Shown here: piece by piece, positions 20,172 through 33,410 of the stretch
Layout of the letters: every line of letters begins with the position of its first letter
How positions within the stretch are numbered: position 1 is the first letter of the stretch
From: Podarcis gaigeae
Taxonomy: Eukaryota
DNA: 64,000 bases
Direction: 5' to 3' (one strand)
NCBI GenBank assembly: GCA_964106915.2
Contig: OZ066926.1
Translations under genes and position numbers: made by a program
Notes under the pieces: generated by a model
What the model was told of the DNA's origin: nothing
The model's database searches: none
The model's input: only the letters and a program-made list of their open reading frames with translations

Positions 20172-23100
20172 ATCATTATTGTACCAGGAGGTTTTCTTAT
20201 TTTTGGAACTGAATTTTTATATCCTATTGCATGAGCTGCTTTGAGTAAGTTTTACTTGTAAGATGACCTATATATATATATTTTATAATAAATAAATGTG
20301 CAACAGGGCGTTCATTTTCAGTCCTGCAGCTATTCTACATTGAGGGATGGATTTCAACGTTGTAAGGTACTCAGTTTGCAATAACTTGGACATTGTCACT
20401 ATTCATGATTGTTGTGGTAAATAAGCAAGCTCTTCTGTAAAGATCAGTTGTCAACAGAGGAGTGATTACTCAGTTTTCTGTATTTCTGGCCACTGAGCTT
20501 TTCCCTGCCCCTTTTCACTCATATCACTGTGTGTCTCTGCAATAGTTTTAAGCCCCGGCATTATACTTTTTTGGGTAAATATTTTGAGATCTGCTTAATC
20601 TATCTGCTCTGGGTTTCTGCAATCCCATTAAAATAATTGGTAAAAAGAAGAACCGAAAGAATAAATGGTTGCAAATTAAAATCTTTTTGTGTGTCTCTTT
20701 TGAGTTTTCCTAAGTTGTTCAGTGGAAATTCATAATGGGATAAAAGATCAAAGGATGCTAATCAAGCCCTTTATCGCACCGCCAAATGGCCTTTAATGTG
20801 GGAACAATCCAGTGTGTCTCTTGGGGCAAGGGTAGCTTGCATTTCTATATAGATGAACACATTGTTTGTGGACTTGGTTCCAGCTTTCTGTTCTCTTGGG
20901 TGCTGCTGGGAAGCAAAGCCCCCCCCCTCACCCCAGTGCGCTGAGAATTCAGTGTTTTAAATGCTGGTATACTTCGTTCCGATGTTCTCTTGTACATGGC
21001 ATCCCTTGTCAAAAGAGTGAGGAAACCACAATAAATAATAGTTAAAACAGATAAGAAATGGTTTTTCTTGTTTTTAAAAAAGGGAACACTGGCAGCAAGA
21101 ATATTACAATGAAGATGCAGGTGGCTGCTTTTCAAAAAGTCGGTGTCTGGACCCAGCCCTCCGGCTATGTTATAGCCAAGTTAATGAGGAGCTGTTGGAG
21201 CCTCCCCAACTGTAACTAAAAGTAAACACAAGGCAGGTGAGCTTATTGTACTTGCTTTTGCTTTGTGCCTGAGGGGAGAGGGATCAAAGGGAAATGAAAG
21301 GGATCAGAACCGTGCAGGTTAATGCATTGCTTGAAGGCCCCATATGGTGGGATTGCTGGCTAGCAAAGCCCTGTAAAATGAGTAGCTGTACTGTTGGAGC
21401 CTAATATTCATGGCCCCTTGAGCCTTTTAACCCGAGAGGAGTGGGGTGAGGCCACTGAGAACTCTCTCATGCTGCCTCTGACTTTGGACAGTGGTCAGCA
21501 GCCTTTGGCCCACAGGCCTAATTGGACCATCCCATTTGCCCTGCCAGGCCGCTTTGGCAAAGTTCTGCTAACGTGCGCTACTCCTGACATCATACCTGCT
21601 TGTAAAGAGCTGTGTGCAGTGCTGCAACAAAGTGCTGCACAAACTGCAGGGTTTAATTTCAAAATGTGCAAGTGAGAAGAGGTCATTGCATGCCATTGTA
21701 ACTTATGGCAATTGACGGGTGCACAGACAGGTGAGCCTCTCCGGGGGCAGCATTCCATAAACTGGGAACCGCTGCAGAAAAGGGTTGCCACCCTTCAGAG
21801 GCATGCCAAGAAGGGCCTCGGATGATGGCCACAGGTCCAGGTTCGTTCATCGGGGGAAATGCAGCCCTTGACAACTTGGGACCAGTTTACTTGTGGGATC
21901 GTCTTGCACCGTCTACTACTTTGATCTGCAAAACTGCCACTGTTACTAGTGCAACATAATACTTGCTCTGCATGTGTAAGAAATAAATCTTTTACTGTGG
22001 CGGCATCTACGCTTTGGAACTCACTGCCTGTAGACACCAGGCAGGCGCCTTCGCTGTACTCTTTCCAAGTTCCTGCTTAAAACAGTTTTGTTTCAGGCAA
22101 TCTTTTTCTAATCTGCCATTGTTTTAATCACCTACTGAATATTTTAAAATACCTGTTTTTAGTTGTTTTTAATTTTAATGTTTTATTTTATAAACTGCTT
22201 AGTGGTTTTATTACAATCAAGCGGTATATGAATTTTGTTAACTAAATAAATTGTTGTGCTGGTGCTCTAAGCACAATTTACAGTGGTTGAAATGTTTTCT
22301 AGAATCCACTTTTCCCCCATCACAGTTTCTGAGCAAGCATGCAAGGTTAAAAAAAAAAGAGGATAGTAGTTTTGTGTCCCACATGGATAGAACTCTTCGG
22401 ATTCAGAGGTTTTTCTTAGTCGTCGCTTTCTCTTTTAATAAAATGTCTACTGAATTATTAATTTGAAAAGGCTATAGCCTTTTCAAATTAATAATTAGAT
22501 ATGGTGAATACTTTTCATCTCTGTAGGAGAATAGTTAAAACTTGTAAACAATTTGAGCTGAGTCCATTATAAGTTATTATTGCTTACTTTTTAGATTAAC
22601 ATTTCCAGTTTTTGCTTTTGAAACGCCATAGAAAAGTTGCAGTAGGGGTCCATATCACAACAATAGCACATAATGCAAAACATGTGTTTCCATTCAGTGT
22701 CCAGATTTTGCCCTTTGTAAACAAAATGGCCAGGAGACAAAGCTGTCTATACCTAGGGCATGTTCTAAGCCCATGCTAAGTGACCTGTGAACTGAAGGTT
22801 AGCTTTGTGCCTGCCACCGTTAATGACAGAGGGAGACATATTCACGGTCTAAATTCTTGGTGCGGGATTACTGGGACATCAAGCTTTTGATGTTACGCTT
22901 AGAGCAAGAATTTTATATTTCATTGTCTGTGAATGTTAGATGGTGACAAACTGGTTTATACTCAGAATTGTTCTACCAGGAACAAAAATACATTAGAATT
23001 CTTCCCCACTTTCATCCATGTAAACATGAAGGCTGCAATGTTTTGCACAAAATTTGGAAGTTAAGTAGAAACTTCTTGGGTTTTAATTCCTAGCAGTGTG

Positions 23101-23489
23101 GTTTTGAAACCACACAGTGTGCTTTAGTTTTTATTCATTGCCACCCAAATTAATTAATGGTTTCTCTGTCAAAGACATATTTCTGCAGCTTGAGAAGTGT
23201 CTCAACACATTTCCTCACACAACTGAGAGCTCCAAAACATAAGCTTGGCTTAAAAGCATTAAGACTTCAGGAAATGTCACTATTACTTGTTTGTTCATTT
23301 GTGCATTCTTCTACCACTCCCTTAATTCCTGACCACTGGTCATACTGGTGGGGATGATGGGAGTTGTAGCCGAAAACATCTAAAAGGCACTAGGTTTGGG
23401 AAGCTTGCTCTGGAGAAGAGAAAATTGATTTGATCCAGTGTGACAGCTCTTCAGGTATTTGAGGATGGGCAATCTTCTCCAGATTACTT

Positions 23490-23538
23490 TTATTGTTGTT
23501 AGCTGCTCAGAGCCTGGCTTTGGCTGGGGCGGGCGGGA

Positions 23539-23581
<43 letters not shown>
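23490..23581 (+). mobile_element. L2 3' end stub with (ATT)n tail
   Basis: gagcctggctttggctggggcgggcggga followed by (ATT)n, matching the 3' end of the L2 at ~57600-57650. Confidence 0.8.
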
Positions 23582-23583
<2 letters not shown>

Positions 23584-24225
23584 ACATACCCTGTTCCTTC
23601 AACATTCCTCTGTATTTGAGCATCTGATTTTTCCTACCTAAATGCAGAACTTGTACATTTATCACCATTGTAATTATTTTTGTTAGTTTGGGGCCAGTTC
23701 TCCATCTTATCAAAATAATTGTAGGTCTTGTTTCTGCCTGGTAAGATAGAAATACCCAATCTAGTTGGTATTATCTGCAGATCTGATGACCATCCTTTCC
23801 ACTCCTTCTAAGCTATGTACAAATGAACAAGCCCAGGCCCAGCAGGGAACCCTGTGGCTCCCCACTTGTCACTTCTCTTCAGGTTGACAAGGAGGCGCTG
23901 ATGAGCGCTTTTTAAGTATTATCCATCTTCCAGCTAAAAATCCACCAACAGTAACATTTTTGTGAGTCTGACTTGCAGTATAGATGGTTCAGCTGAAACT
24001 ACATCAGATTCATTACCCCCCTGAGGGCTAGGCGTCTCTTAGAAAGTCACCGTCAGCGAAAAAGGTGGAATATAAATATAATAACCAGTGCTGTTTAGCT
24101 AGAAAAAGAGGTGCCAGAACTCACCCTGAACTCACCCTCCCTTGTTCTCTTATAATGGCAATGGCGACCACCTGAAAGGTGTCAGACCCAGTTCTGTTGA
24201 GTTCTGGCTGAAAAAAAAGCCCTGG

Positions 24226-24296
24226 TGGTAGTAGTAGTAGTAGTAGTAATAATGATAATGATGATGATGATGATGATAATAATAATAGAAGAAGAA
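24226..24296. repeat. Compound trinucleotide microsatellite (GTA/AAT/GAT/GAA)
   Basis: Directly visible. Confidence 0.9.
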
Positions 24297-25348
24297 AGTC
24301 TGTCAGATCTGTATTGAGCTGTAAAAGGTCTAATGGTTCTTATGTACTAGAGATAGTTCTGAGGTTCTGATCACTGTTCCTCATAAAATAGTTTGTGCCA
24401 TTTTACTATTTGAGAAGATTTGAGGAATGCTCTTAAAATGTTGCCTATGTTCTTCAGCTTCAGTTCTTCAGGTTATTGCGCTTCCTTCCCCAGAGTAGGA
24501 AACATTTTGGGAACTCTGTGTATCACAGAGTTAGCGTCGAGCTCATTAGCGTTGAGCGCTAATGAAGAAAGGTGGGATATAAATGTAACAAAACCTGTCA
24601 GATAATAATGAATAAATAACCTGATACTCTTGAATAAGGCGTATTAAGTTGCAAAATCCATTGTGAGATTTAAGATACGTTTTTTTGTTTTTTTTTGCTG
24701 TCCTTAATTGTGCCAGGGTATGCATTTCTAAAATATATAAATTCTATTTGTAGCAGGTGGGGAAGAGCCTTTGGAAATGTCTTAATGAGGGGTGAGGGCA
24801 GTTCAGCTTCGGGATCCTGATTGCTAAATTGGGTGGGCACTCTTATGTCACCCGTGAAAGGGTGGCAGGAGGCAGGCGACCATGTTTTGCAGTCTTGATT
24901 ACTTTGCCAATGACCACAGGCAAAGACACGATCTGTTCTAATGGTGTGTAGTGGAGTTACATGATAACATCTACTGTTGCCAGTTTTGTGATAACATTCA
25001 ACTTTTTGTGACATAAAGAAATGGTTGCAAAGTGGTATGGAGGAAGAAAAGAAATAAGGACCCTCCCCAAATTTCTACTTTTTGTTATGTTTTATTTATT
25101 TATTTACTTGATTTGGGTGGGGGGTAGCTTCCCCCTCCCCCTCTGGCTATGGTTTGCATAATGCCACCTCATGAGCTCGTGGCAGAGGCAACATTTGTTT
25201 GGGGATTTTGGATTTGAGGTCCAATTTCTTAGTAATTGTGCTCTTTCAGATTTCATCAGGACTTGTTGAACTGACTTGGATGCAAGTGGAGATGCACTTT
25301 TGTGATCATAAATTTTGTGTTTGTGGCTGTAACTGGACTGAGCTATTG

Positions 25349-25566
25349 CAGTGGTACCTCGGGTCAAGAACTTAATTCGTTCTGGAAGTCCATTCTTAGC
25401 CTGAAACTGTTCTTAACCTGAAGCACCACTTTAGCTAACGGGGCCTCCTGCTTCCACCGGAGCACAATTTCTGTTCTCATCCTGAGGCAAAGTTCTTAAC
25501 CCAAGGTACTATTTCTGGGTTAGCGGAGTCTGTAACCTGAAGTGTATGTAACCCGAGGTACCACTG
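25349..25566 (+). mobile_element. MITE family A
   Basis: CAGTGGTACCTCGGGT...ACCCGAGGTACCACTG-TA. Confidence 0.92.
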
Positions 25567-26039
25567 TATTTTTAGTTTTACCCTGAAATAATCTTCATGG
25601 TGGGAAAAACTGAAAGTGCTATCCACTGCATATTTAGAAGGAAAATAAGTTCCATTTGTATTTTGAGATGGAACTCTTATTAACAGTATAATCTGACTTC
25701 CTTATAGTCCCTTCTCTGGGTGATTTTTATTTATTTTGTTTATTTCAATGAAATACATACTAATACAGTGCCCACAAAAACAACCCTTTTCAATGTGTAT
25801 GTGGGAGGCGGTGGGGGGAGGGTTGTTGTTGTTGTTGTTGTTTTTAGATTGTATTTTTATGTTGTGGACTGCCCTGAGATCTATGGCTGAAGGGCAATAC
25901 AGTATACAAAATAAAGAAATAAAACAAGCAGAACTTTGAATGTTTTTTTTAAAAAACCTTGATGATTTGGACAAGTCAGTATACATGGCAAATCAAATTG
26001 TTACGTTGTATGTTGTGCTAGACCACTAAATATCGTGGG

Positions 26040-26501
26040 AATCTCCTCTCCCCATGGGGGGGGGGAGTTTTGCAACTTTCAGCTTCTAGCTGGGTTTGGA
26101 TCCGATGTTTTGCCTGTAAAGTGAGAAGTGGAGGTGATCCCCCGACTCCGAGCTGCTTTGTTCTCGCCTCGGACGCCCCTCTCGCTCCCCCCTCGGATAG
26201 AGGAAGTTACATCAGTCTGCATACTAAAGCAATGGGAGAGCAGTCCGGGCTGCTTGGAAGTGAACTCTCCAGTCTGTTCTCACGGTCTCGATGTGTGCAA
26301 CTGGCAGCGCAGGAAGCTTCCTGAGAACATTTAGGGAGTATGTAAAATCCACATGCAAAAGAGGGTGACAGGAATCTGGCAGACACGTCAAGTGAAATTA
26401 TTAGAAGGGCATGGGCTTGAGTTACAGTCTTCATTGTCTTGACACTGTTGATTTTATGGACTACTTTTTTGTATTGAAATCCAAAGAGAGGGGGTGTCAT
26501 T
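26040..26501 (+). promoter_or_regulatory. Putative promoter / 5' UTR of the candidate first exon
   Basis: Locally CpG-enriched, non-repetitive sequence with GGAAG cores directly upstream of ATG 26502; TSS not determinable. Confidence 0.45.
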
Positions 26502-26558
26502 ATGAATCACCAGGCTGCAGCTCCAAAGACAAGAAGTGATAATTATCTGAGCATAAAG
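26502..26558 (+). CDS. PLEKHG4B: Candidate first coding exon of PLEKHG4B-like gene (MNHQAAAPKTRSDNYLSIK)
   Basis: ATG with A at -3; in-frame TGA just upstream (26475-26477); 19 codons ending at donor AAG|GTACGT; phase 0 matches the phase-0 acceptor at 43760; preceded by a CpG-enriched, repeat-free stretch. Confidence 0.7.
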
Positions 26559-27974
26559 GTACGTCGAATGCAATAGAAAAAAACCCAAACTCACAAGATA
26601 ACAGAAATCCTTTTTTGTATTTTTTTAAAAATGAGCTGGATCCAATAATAGTTTTATTAGTAATTATTTGTAAATTTAATTAAAATGTTTCATGGGGGCA
26701 TTTTTAGCACCATTTATAGTTTGTATGTTGTGTTCAAATAAAACAAATCTACTCCTGTTTTGGTAATGAGTTATTGCCTTCACTAAATTAGAGAAAACCT
26801 GTTGAAATTTCAGGAAGTTTTTCTGGTTTCTTGCCTGGAAACATGATGGTTGCTGAATAGGATTCTTCCTTTTGTTCTTGGGCAAAATAATCTGCTTTAT
26901 TTCTTTTTATGTAAGACACGGAATTTGTTCTTTTGAAAATACAGGCAGCAGCTTTTATGTCAGAACGTCTGCTTTGCTTGCAATAGGAATTAGATCACTG
27001 AGACAATTCTACAATGAGGTGGACAGCAAAATCACAGAAATGCCTTTGTAATCTTCTACAAGTTGTTAAGAAGATCTTGGTCTTGTATTTTATTCCACTT
27101 TTTCGAAATATTTGAAATGAGAGATTTTTCTTTGGGTGCCTTTTGTTCTTAGTTTTGTATTGAATGCTTTCAAGTTACAGCTGATGGCAACATTTTGAAC
27201 ACTTTTAGATTAAGATATCTGTGATATTAATGCATCAGATACTTTGAAACAGGACAAACTGTGAAATAGAGAAGATTTTGTTTTAGGAAGCACACATTAT
27301 GTATTTTTAAAAAACTATGTGCTAGGATTCCGACTTTAAAAGATTTAGCACTGCAACACAAACTGCAGTGCCTGCTGTCTGATGCAGCGAATTGTGTCTT
27401 CTGTGTTTTTGTGACTGAACTGCCCCTCTGTGGACGTTGTCATGTTGGGCATAGAATTCAGCCTGCTGGGAGCCCAGGCTTTCATGGCTATTGCCTAAGG
27501 CTGCTTAGATTAATTCTGAAAGTGAGGGTGGGGAGGGAATGCATTGATGTAGGTAGGAAAACAGTTATGTGGTGTGTGTGTGGTTTTTTTTTTTTTTTTG
27601 CATTTTCTGTATGTCTTGAACTGCTAATCTGACTCCTCCAGTAGCCATATCTGTTTGTCACCATCTTTCCTCTTTTTGGCCATGGTGAATCATTTAAGAA
27701 ATTGATATGAAGTCATAAGTAACAGCACCTCTGGGCATTCACAGAGTGGCTTTTCCTACTCTCTGCACATCACAGCAGTGATTTGTCATCTGCTCTGGCT
27801 TCCATTCCTTTTCTGGATTCCGATTCAGTGTTGTTATTAACCTTTAACACTCTAGGGCTTGCCCAAGACCTCAATATTTCCACTGGAGGTGCTTCTCTAG
27901 GTTCCCCCCTCCTTGCACGATGAAATGAGACTGTGAGGGAGAAGACCTTCATGATGGGGGTGCCTTGGCTATAA

Positions 27975-28290
27975 TTTTATTCATTTATTTATTTATAGAT
28001 ACCCCGCCCATCTGGGGGGTTTCCTCAGCCACTCTGGGCGGCTTCCAACAAAACACTAAAATACAATAACCTATTAAACATTGAAGGTTTCCCTAAAGAG
28101 GGCTGCCTTCAGATGTCTTCTAAAAGTTTGGTAGTTATTTTTCTCTTTGACATCTGGTGGGAGGGCGTTCCACAGGGCGAGCGCCAGCACCAAGAAGGCC
28201 CTCTGCCTGGTTCCCTGTAACTTGGCTTCTTGCAGGGAGGGAACCGCCAGAAGGCCCTCGGAGCTGGACCTCCGTGTCTGGGCAGAACGT
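27975..28290 (-). mobile_element. L2-clade LINE 3' fragment
   Basis: Minus strand shows RAFLV.AP.LWNALP-type C-terminus, 3' UTR and a (TAAA)n tail. Confidence 0.75.
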
Positions 28291-30331
28291 GGAATGCTTG
28301 CCTCAGAAAGGATCTCCTGATGCTGACAGTGGAATAAAGAGGCAATCCTTCTTTATTTTACCTTTAGTAAAATCCCCTAAAGCAATGCCTCTTTATTCTC
28401 GCTGGCATTTTAATAATTAAGGTTTAGTCCTTTGAGCTATCTTTGATGGGGAGCATGCCTGGACTGTTTTGTGGGCCTGTCTCTATTTGAGATGTGCCAG
28501 ACCTTTCCATCTTGTGCTGTGCTTCCACTGCAGCCATTTTTAAACTGGTGCCCTGTGCCCACAGCATTTCTACAAAGTTCTAAGTGTGCCCCCCATTAGC
28601 TGAGAGAGGTTGGCTAACAGCAATCACTTCACACTAATCTGCACTGCCATGTCTTGCCAAATTGCAGATTGCAGATCAGAAATAGAAGCAAAATGCATGG
28701 CATACAGCTGATGTGTAGCATCCCCTCCGGGATTGGCTGCCAGTCTGCAGCTTTGCAGTGCTGACAATTCCTACTTAAAACATGGCTTGCTAGATACTGC
28801 TCCTCATCCCTAGTACAGAAACTCATCTTACACTGCATTCACTTCTACAATCACAGGGTACATATAATAAAAGAGGCATTGTCTGTCTGTAAGGCTCACT
28901 CACATTTCTTTGAAGGTAATAATCCCCTTGCAAGTGACTGAATAAAGAAATTGGAGTTCACAGTTGGGGTATTGATCAGGTCCACGCCTGCATAACTTCA
29001 ACCATGCTGCAACCTAAGGCAAACTTGTATTCTCCTTTGAATAGTGCTGGAAGAACATTTGGTATTATCAATAAAGAGTCAGCAAATTCTTGTGCTCTCA
29101 GAGTTCTTTGCTGCTGTAAACCATTTCAATGAAACAATATTTTGAGACCTTCTTTAAAAGCATGCCTTCAACCAAACCATTATTTGCTCACCTTCCAGAG
29201 ATCAATAATACCCCTACAGTGGCTCATTGTCTAAAAACAGCTGGCTGTTTAGCCTTTATTTTGTTTTTGAAGTATTTTCCTTTAAAGTGAAATTCATCAG
29301 TCAAAAAAGGTTGCAAGAAAGGTGTACTGGGACTAAAATGACTTAAAATCCCTTAAAGCCTTCAGGGCTGGGAGTAAATCGGTTTCTGTTGTAGGTCATG
29401 CTTTGGGGGCAATACAAGACAAGAATGTTCATTTCTGTATTTATGTGATAACCTACCGGTACCAGTAGTCCTCATATTAACAGGTGTTGAGCTATAAAGC
29501 TGGTGCCAATGGGCTACCTTTATTTTTACATAGGTCAGCATCCTACATCTGTCTCCTTTGAAGGTCAAGGTGGCCTTTGCAAACAATGCTGGCTGTACCT
29601 TTAGTATCCAACCCTAACTGTTGGGATAGAGGTTAAAAAGAGGAAAATTAACCACAAGCCCCCAAATTTGGGATCCTCTCCAAACCTGTGCCCAACTGTT
29701 GCAGTTTTTTTTGCAGCGAAAACCCCACGTTTTTTCAGCACCGCAGTTAATGGGGCCGTTAAAAAGTCGTGCTGTGAAATTTTAAATAGCATCTTATGTT
29801 TTGTGTTTTGTGTTGTAGCGGTTAGAGTGTTGTTTTGGATGTGTGAGTTCCGATACCCTTAGAACTAAGAGAAAGAGTTGCTTCAGAACTGCGGCTACAT
29901 AAGTATTTGCATTGGTAAACACATGAAAGGGGAGACTAAGACGTCTGAGACATAAAAATACTCACAAATGACAACACTTCTGAAATTTCTCATTTTAGGA
30001 CACCTCCCCTACTTAACAGTGAACTTTAGTTATTTCAGCTGGAGGATTTATATCAGGAGGATGTGACTGTACAAGTTGCCGGATGAGAGGCAGGCCCTCC
30101 CCCACTTCTTTGTGGGAGGGTTGTTCATTTTAGTGATGAAGTGGCATGTCCTCTCAGATGTCTCAACCGCTGTTAGGATCAATTGCTAAGGATCAGGGAA
30201 GTCCTTGATAGCACAGGTGAGACAGGTAGAAGCACGTTCTGCAGTCTTGCCCACTCAGCCTTACTTTTAAGCTGATAGGATTCCTAATGATCACGAAAGA
30301 AATGTTAAGACTGTCCAGGCATTTCCTTTAA

Positions 30332-32044
30332 TTTTTTTAAAAAATAATATTTATTAAAGATTTTCAAATATAACAAAAAAAGAAAAACATCCAAATTTAA
30401 AACCTTATTTTCATTGGCATCTTTCCAGGACTTCCCCTCCCCTCCCCCTCTTATATTCCAATTCTTTCAAATAAATTCAACAAATTCTTACCCCCAATTT
30501 TAAACTTATTATCATTGACCCAATTTAAAAATATTTTCCCATCCCCTAAAATCGACCTGTTCCCTTCCACGAGTTCCCCTCTTTAATATGCAATACAGAT
30601 TAGAATAAAAAAATTAAGAAAAAGAATAAGATATAATTTAACACCCTTTGGATTCCAAATTTCCCTCCCCCCTTTCCCGGTTGCGTTCCCAATGTCCATC
30701 AATGTCTACTGTCGTCCTGGAGCTCCCACACTTAAGCCATAGTCCTTCACCAGTCCGCTTTGCCGTCTTTTTAATAGTCTTTGCCGTCTTTTGGTCCTTT
30801 TTAGTTTCGAATGTCCAATCTTGGAAGGAGTCTGTCTCAAAAAGGTCCATTTTTTCCATCCAGATCTTTGTATTTAAGAATAAAAACTCCAATTTTATTT
30901 CTTTAGACCTTTCAAATCTGGATGTCCCAAATGTTCCCACTTCCAACTTTATCCAGTTCTTGTTGTTCTTGTTGTTCTTGTTGATCTCTCTCCTCCTTTT
31001 TTCCCCCTGCTCTCCTGCACAAATGTTCTAATTCCAAAAGCTTCTAATTCCTCTGCAGAGGCTTTGTTATTCAGGAACAAAACATTACGTCAAGTCCCTT
31101 CCATTCTTCAATAGATAAATCTATTGTCTCCTTTAGTGTATAGACCTCTGTAGACAAAATAGTGTTCCATTTCTGCAGTTTCCCAGGAGATAAAAAGTCC
31201 TATTTCAAATTCCATGCCAACAATACTTGTAGTGTCTCACAGCTCCTCTAGAGGGATTATAGTAACTCAGTTTCCTTCCAGATCACACCCAACAGTCAAA
31301 ATAACTTGTTATTCCTTGTTTTAAACAATTTATATCCAATTTGTAACAAATGTAACCGGCAAAGTCCTTGTAACAAAGTTCTCTTTTTATTCTTCCGCTT
31401 TGACAGCTCCTTTGACAGCTGTCAAAACCTCTATTTCTCATCTCCCGGCGCTCTCACGGATCGCTCCCGGGGTTCGGGGGGGTTGCATTTTAATTCACAT
31501 TCCACTTTTCTCCTCCAGCCCAGTCTTATAATTTTCCATCGCGAAATTAATAACTTTCTCAAAATAAGGTTACACTCGATCTTAGTTGTCAAATCCTTTG
31601 CTTTAACCCCTCTACAACAGGGGGGAGGCTGACTTCCTTTTTGCACCTCCCCCACTCGCTCCGAATTTTTAACAAAAAATTTTTTCTCCTTTTTAATTCA
31701 AGTTCCAATTACTCACGGGTTATTATTTTAAGGCCAAATTTTCAATGGAAGAAGTCAGCGCTGTCCGTTGAATGGCATGCGGCTTCGCTCGGCAGGGGAA
31801 GCGGAGGACTCATAGCACCACCACCCCCCCGTCACCCGCTCCGCAGCCTTTAAAAAGGCTCCTTCGCAGGTCGGTGGGGCGCAAAAGGTGCCCGCCAATT
31901 CACCATGCCCATGGGTTTCAGCACCCATGGTTTTTGAGGGTCCCCGCGTCGCCGGCGCGGTAGGACCCAGCCCCTGCCGAGCAGGCTCCCTCCAGAGCTC
32001 GGAGGGAGTCCGCCATTCGGTGATGGCGCCAACCCGGGAGTCTT
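30332..32044 (-). mobile_element. Full-length non-autonomous poly(A) retroelement (HAL1/L1-like), copy 2
   Basis: 21-bp TSD ctgtccaggcatttcctttaa (30311-30331 / 32045-32065); 5' leader homologous to copy 1; AATAAA (30350-30355) and short A tail; no RT. Confidence 0.88.
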
Positions 32045-32836
32045 CTGTCCAGGCATTTCCTTTAAAACCAGAAACTTGTCTTATGGTATCTCTCTCTTTT
32101 ATTACCTCTTAGCAGCATGACACGTCTATAATACTTCTCTAGCAGGGCCTTTGCTTTGTTTGCATGTCCATGAATTGTATTTCAGCATTTCTGTTGCAGC
32201 TGCATCAGAACACACACGGCTGAAAGTGCAAAAGCTCTGCCTTTGCCAAACTTGCTCCTTCATATAGCTCTCTCACCTTGTTTGTGCCATACCAAATGCA
32301 CAGCACCCTTCTCGTCACTATTTTTAAACTAATCCCCTCCCACCTTATTGTTGCTACTCTTGACTTTTTTATTCTTTTGTAAAGGTGTTCCAGGTAAATT
32401 TGGACAACTTTTCATTAATCAGTAACACTTTCAAAAGTGTTCCAGTTTTCACCACTAAATCCCTAATTGTGAAGAATCTTTTACAGAATAAAATGCTTCA
32501 AAGGGGACAGGGGAGCACAGGTAAAAAGAAAATATTGGAATGTCTCTGCTGCTTTCAGGAATTCTCATCTTGTCCCTCCTACAACAGCCCAGAAAACCTT
32601 TTACTTGTTTGGATAGCTGTTACCGTAGTCCCTGGGCGCTGAGCTCAGTCTCTTGAGGACTGTTTGCTATTTTGCTACTGCTGCCTCTATTATTATTTAT
32701 TAAATGAATCTGTTGCCTAACACCACAATTAAAACGTGGCATATAGCCCTGCAAAGGCCAGTTTTTAAAAATACATTAATCAACACTGACAACAAACCTC
32801 CAATTTAAACCGAAGGTAAAATATAAACTAAACCCC

Positions 32837-33062
32837 CATTGATACCTTGGGTTAAGAACTTAATTTGTTCTGGAGGTCCGTTCTTAACCTGAAACTATTC
32901 CTAACCTGAGGTACCACTTTAGCTAATGGGGCCTCCCGCTGTTGCCGCGCCGCTGCTATGCAATTTCTGTTCTCATCCTGAAGCAAAGTTCTTAACCTGA
33001 GGTACTATTTCTGGGTTAGCGGCGTCTGTAACCTGAAGCGTCTGTAATTCAAGGTACCACTG
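32837..33062 (+). mobile_element. MITE family A
   Basis: Same unit; left TIR decayed, right end AAGGTACCACTG-TA. Confidence 0.88.
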
Positions 33063-33198
33063 TATAAAAATGCCCTGAGAAAGGTACTCTAAATTGCTAA
33101 TAATAGTTGCTGCTGCAGCTTTAAACTGTTAAAAATACTAAAAGCCTGGTGGGAAATAGAGGCGTATACATTTTTGCAAAGTGTGGAGAAAGCGAATA

Positions 33199-33410
33199 CA
33201 GTGGTACCTCAGGTTAAGAACTTAATTCATTCTGGAGGTCCGTTCTTAACATGAAACTGTTCTTAACCTGAAGCACCACATTAGCTAATGGGGCCTCCCG
33301 CTTCCACTGCGTGATTTGTGTTCTCATCCTGAACAAAGTTCTTAACCTGAGGTACTATTTTTGGGTTAGCGGAGTCTAATCTGAAGCGTCTGTAACCCAA
33401 GATACCACTG
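33199..33410 (+). mobile_element. MITE family A inserted in an older CR1 3' region (~33165-33780)
   Basis: TA-flanked TIRs; flanks rejoin to gtggagaaag..ta..aaaagcttttctccctctc, as at 48955-48995. Confidence 0.9.
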
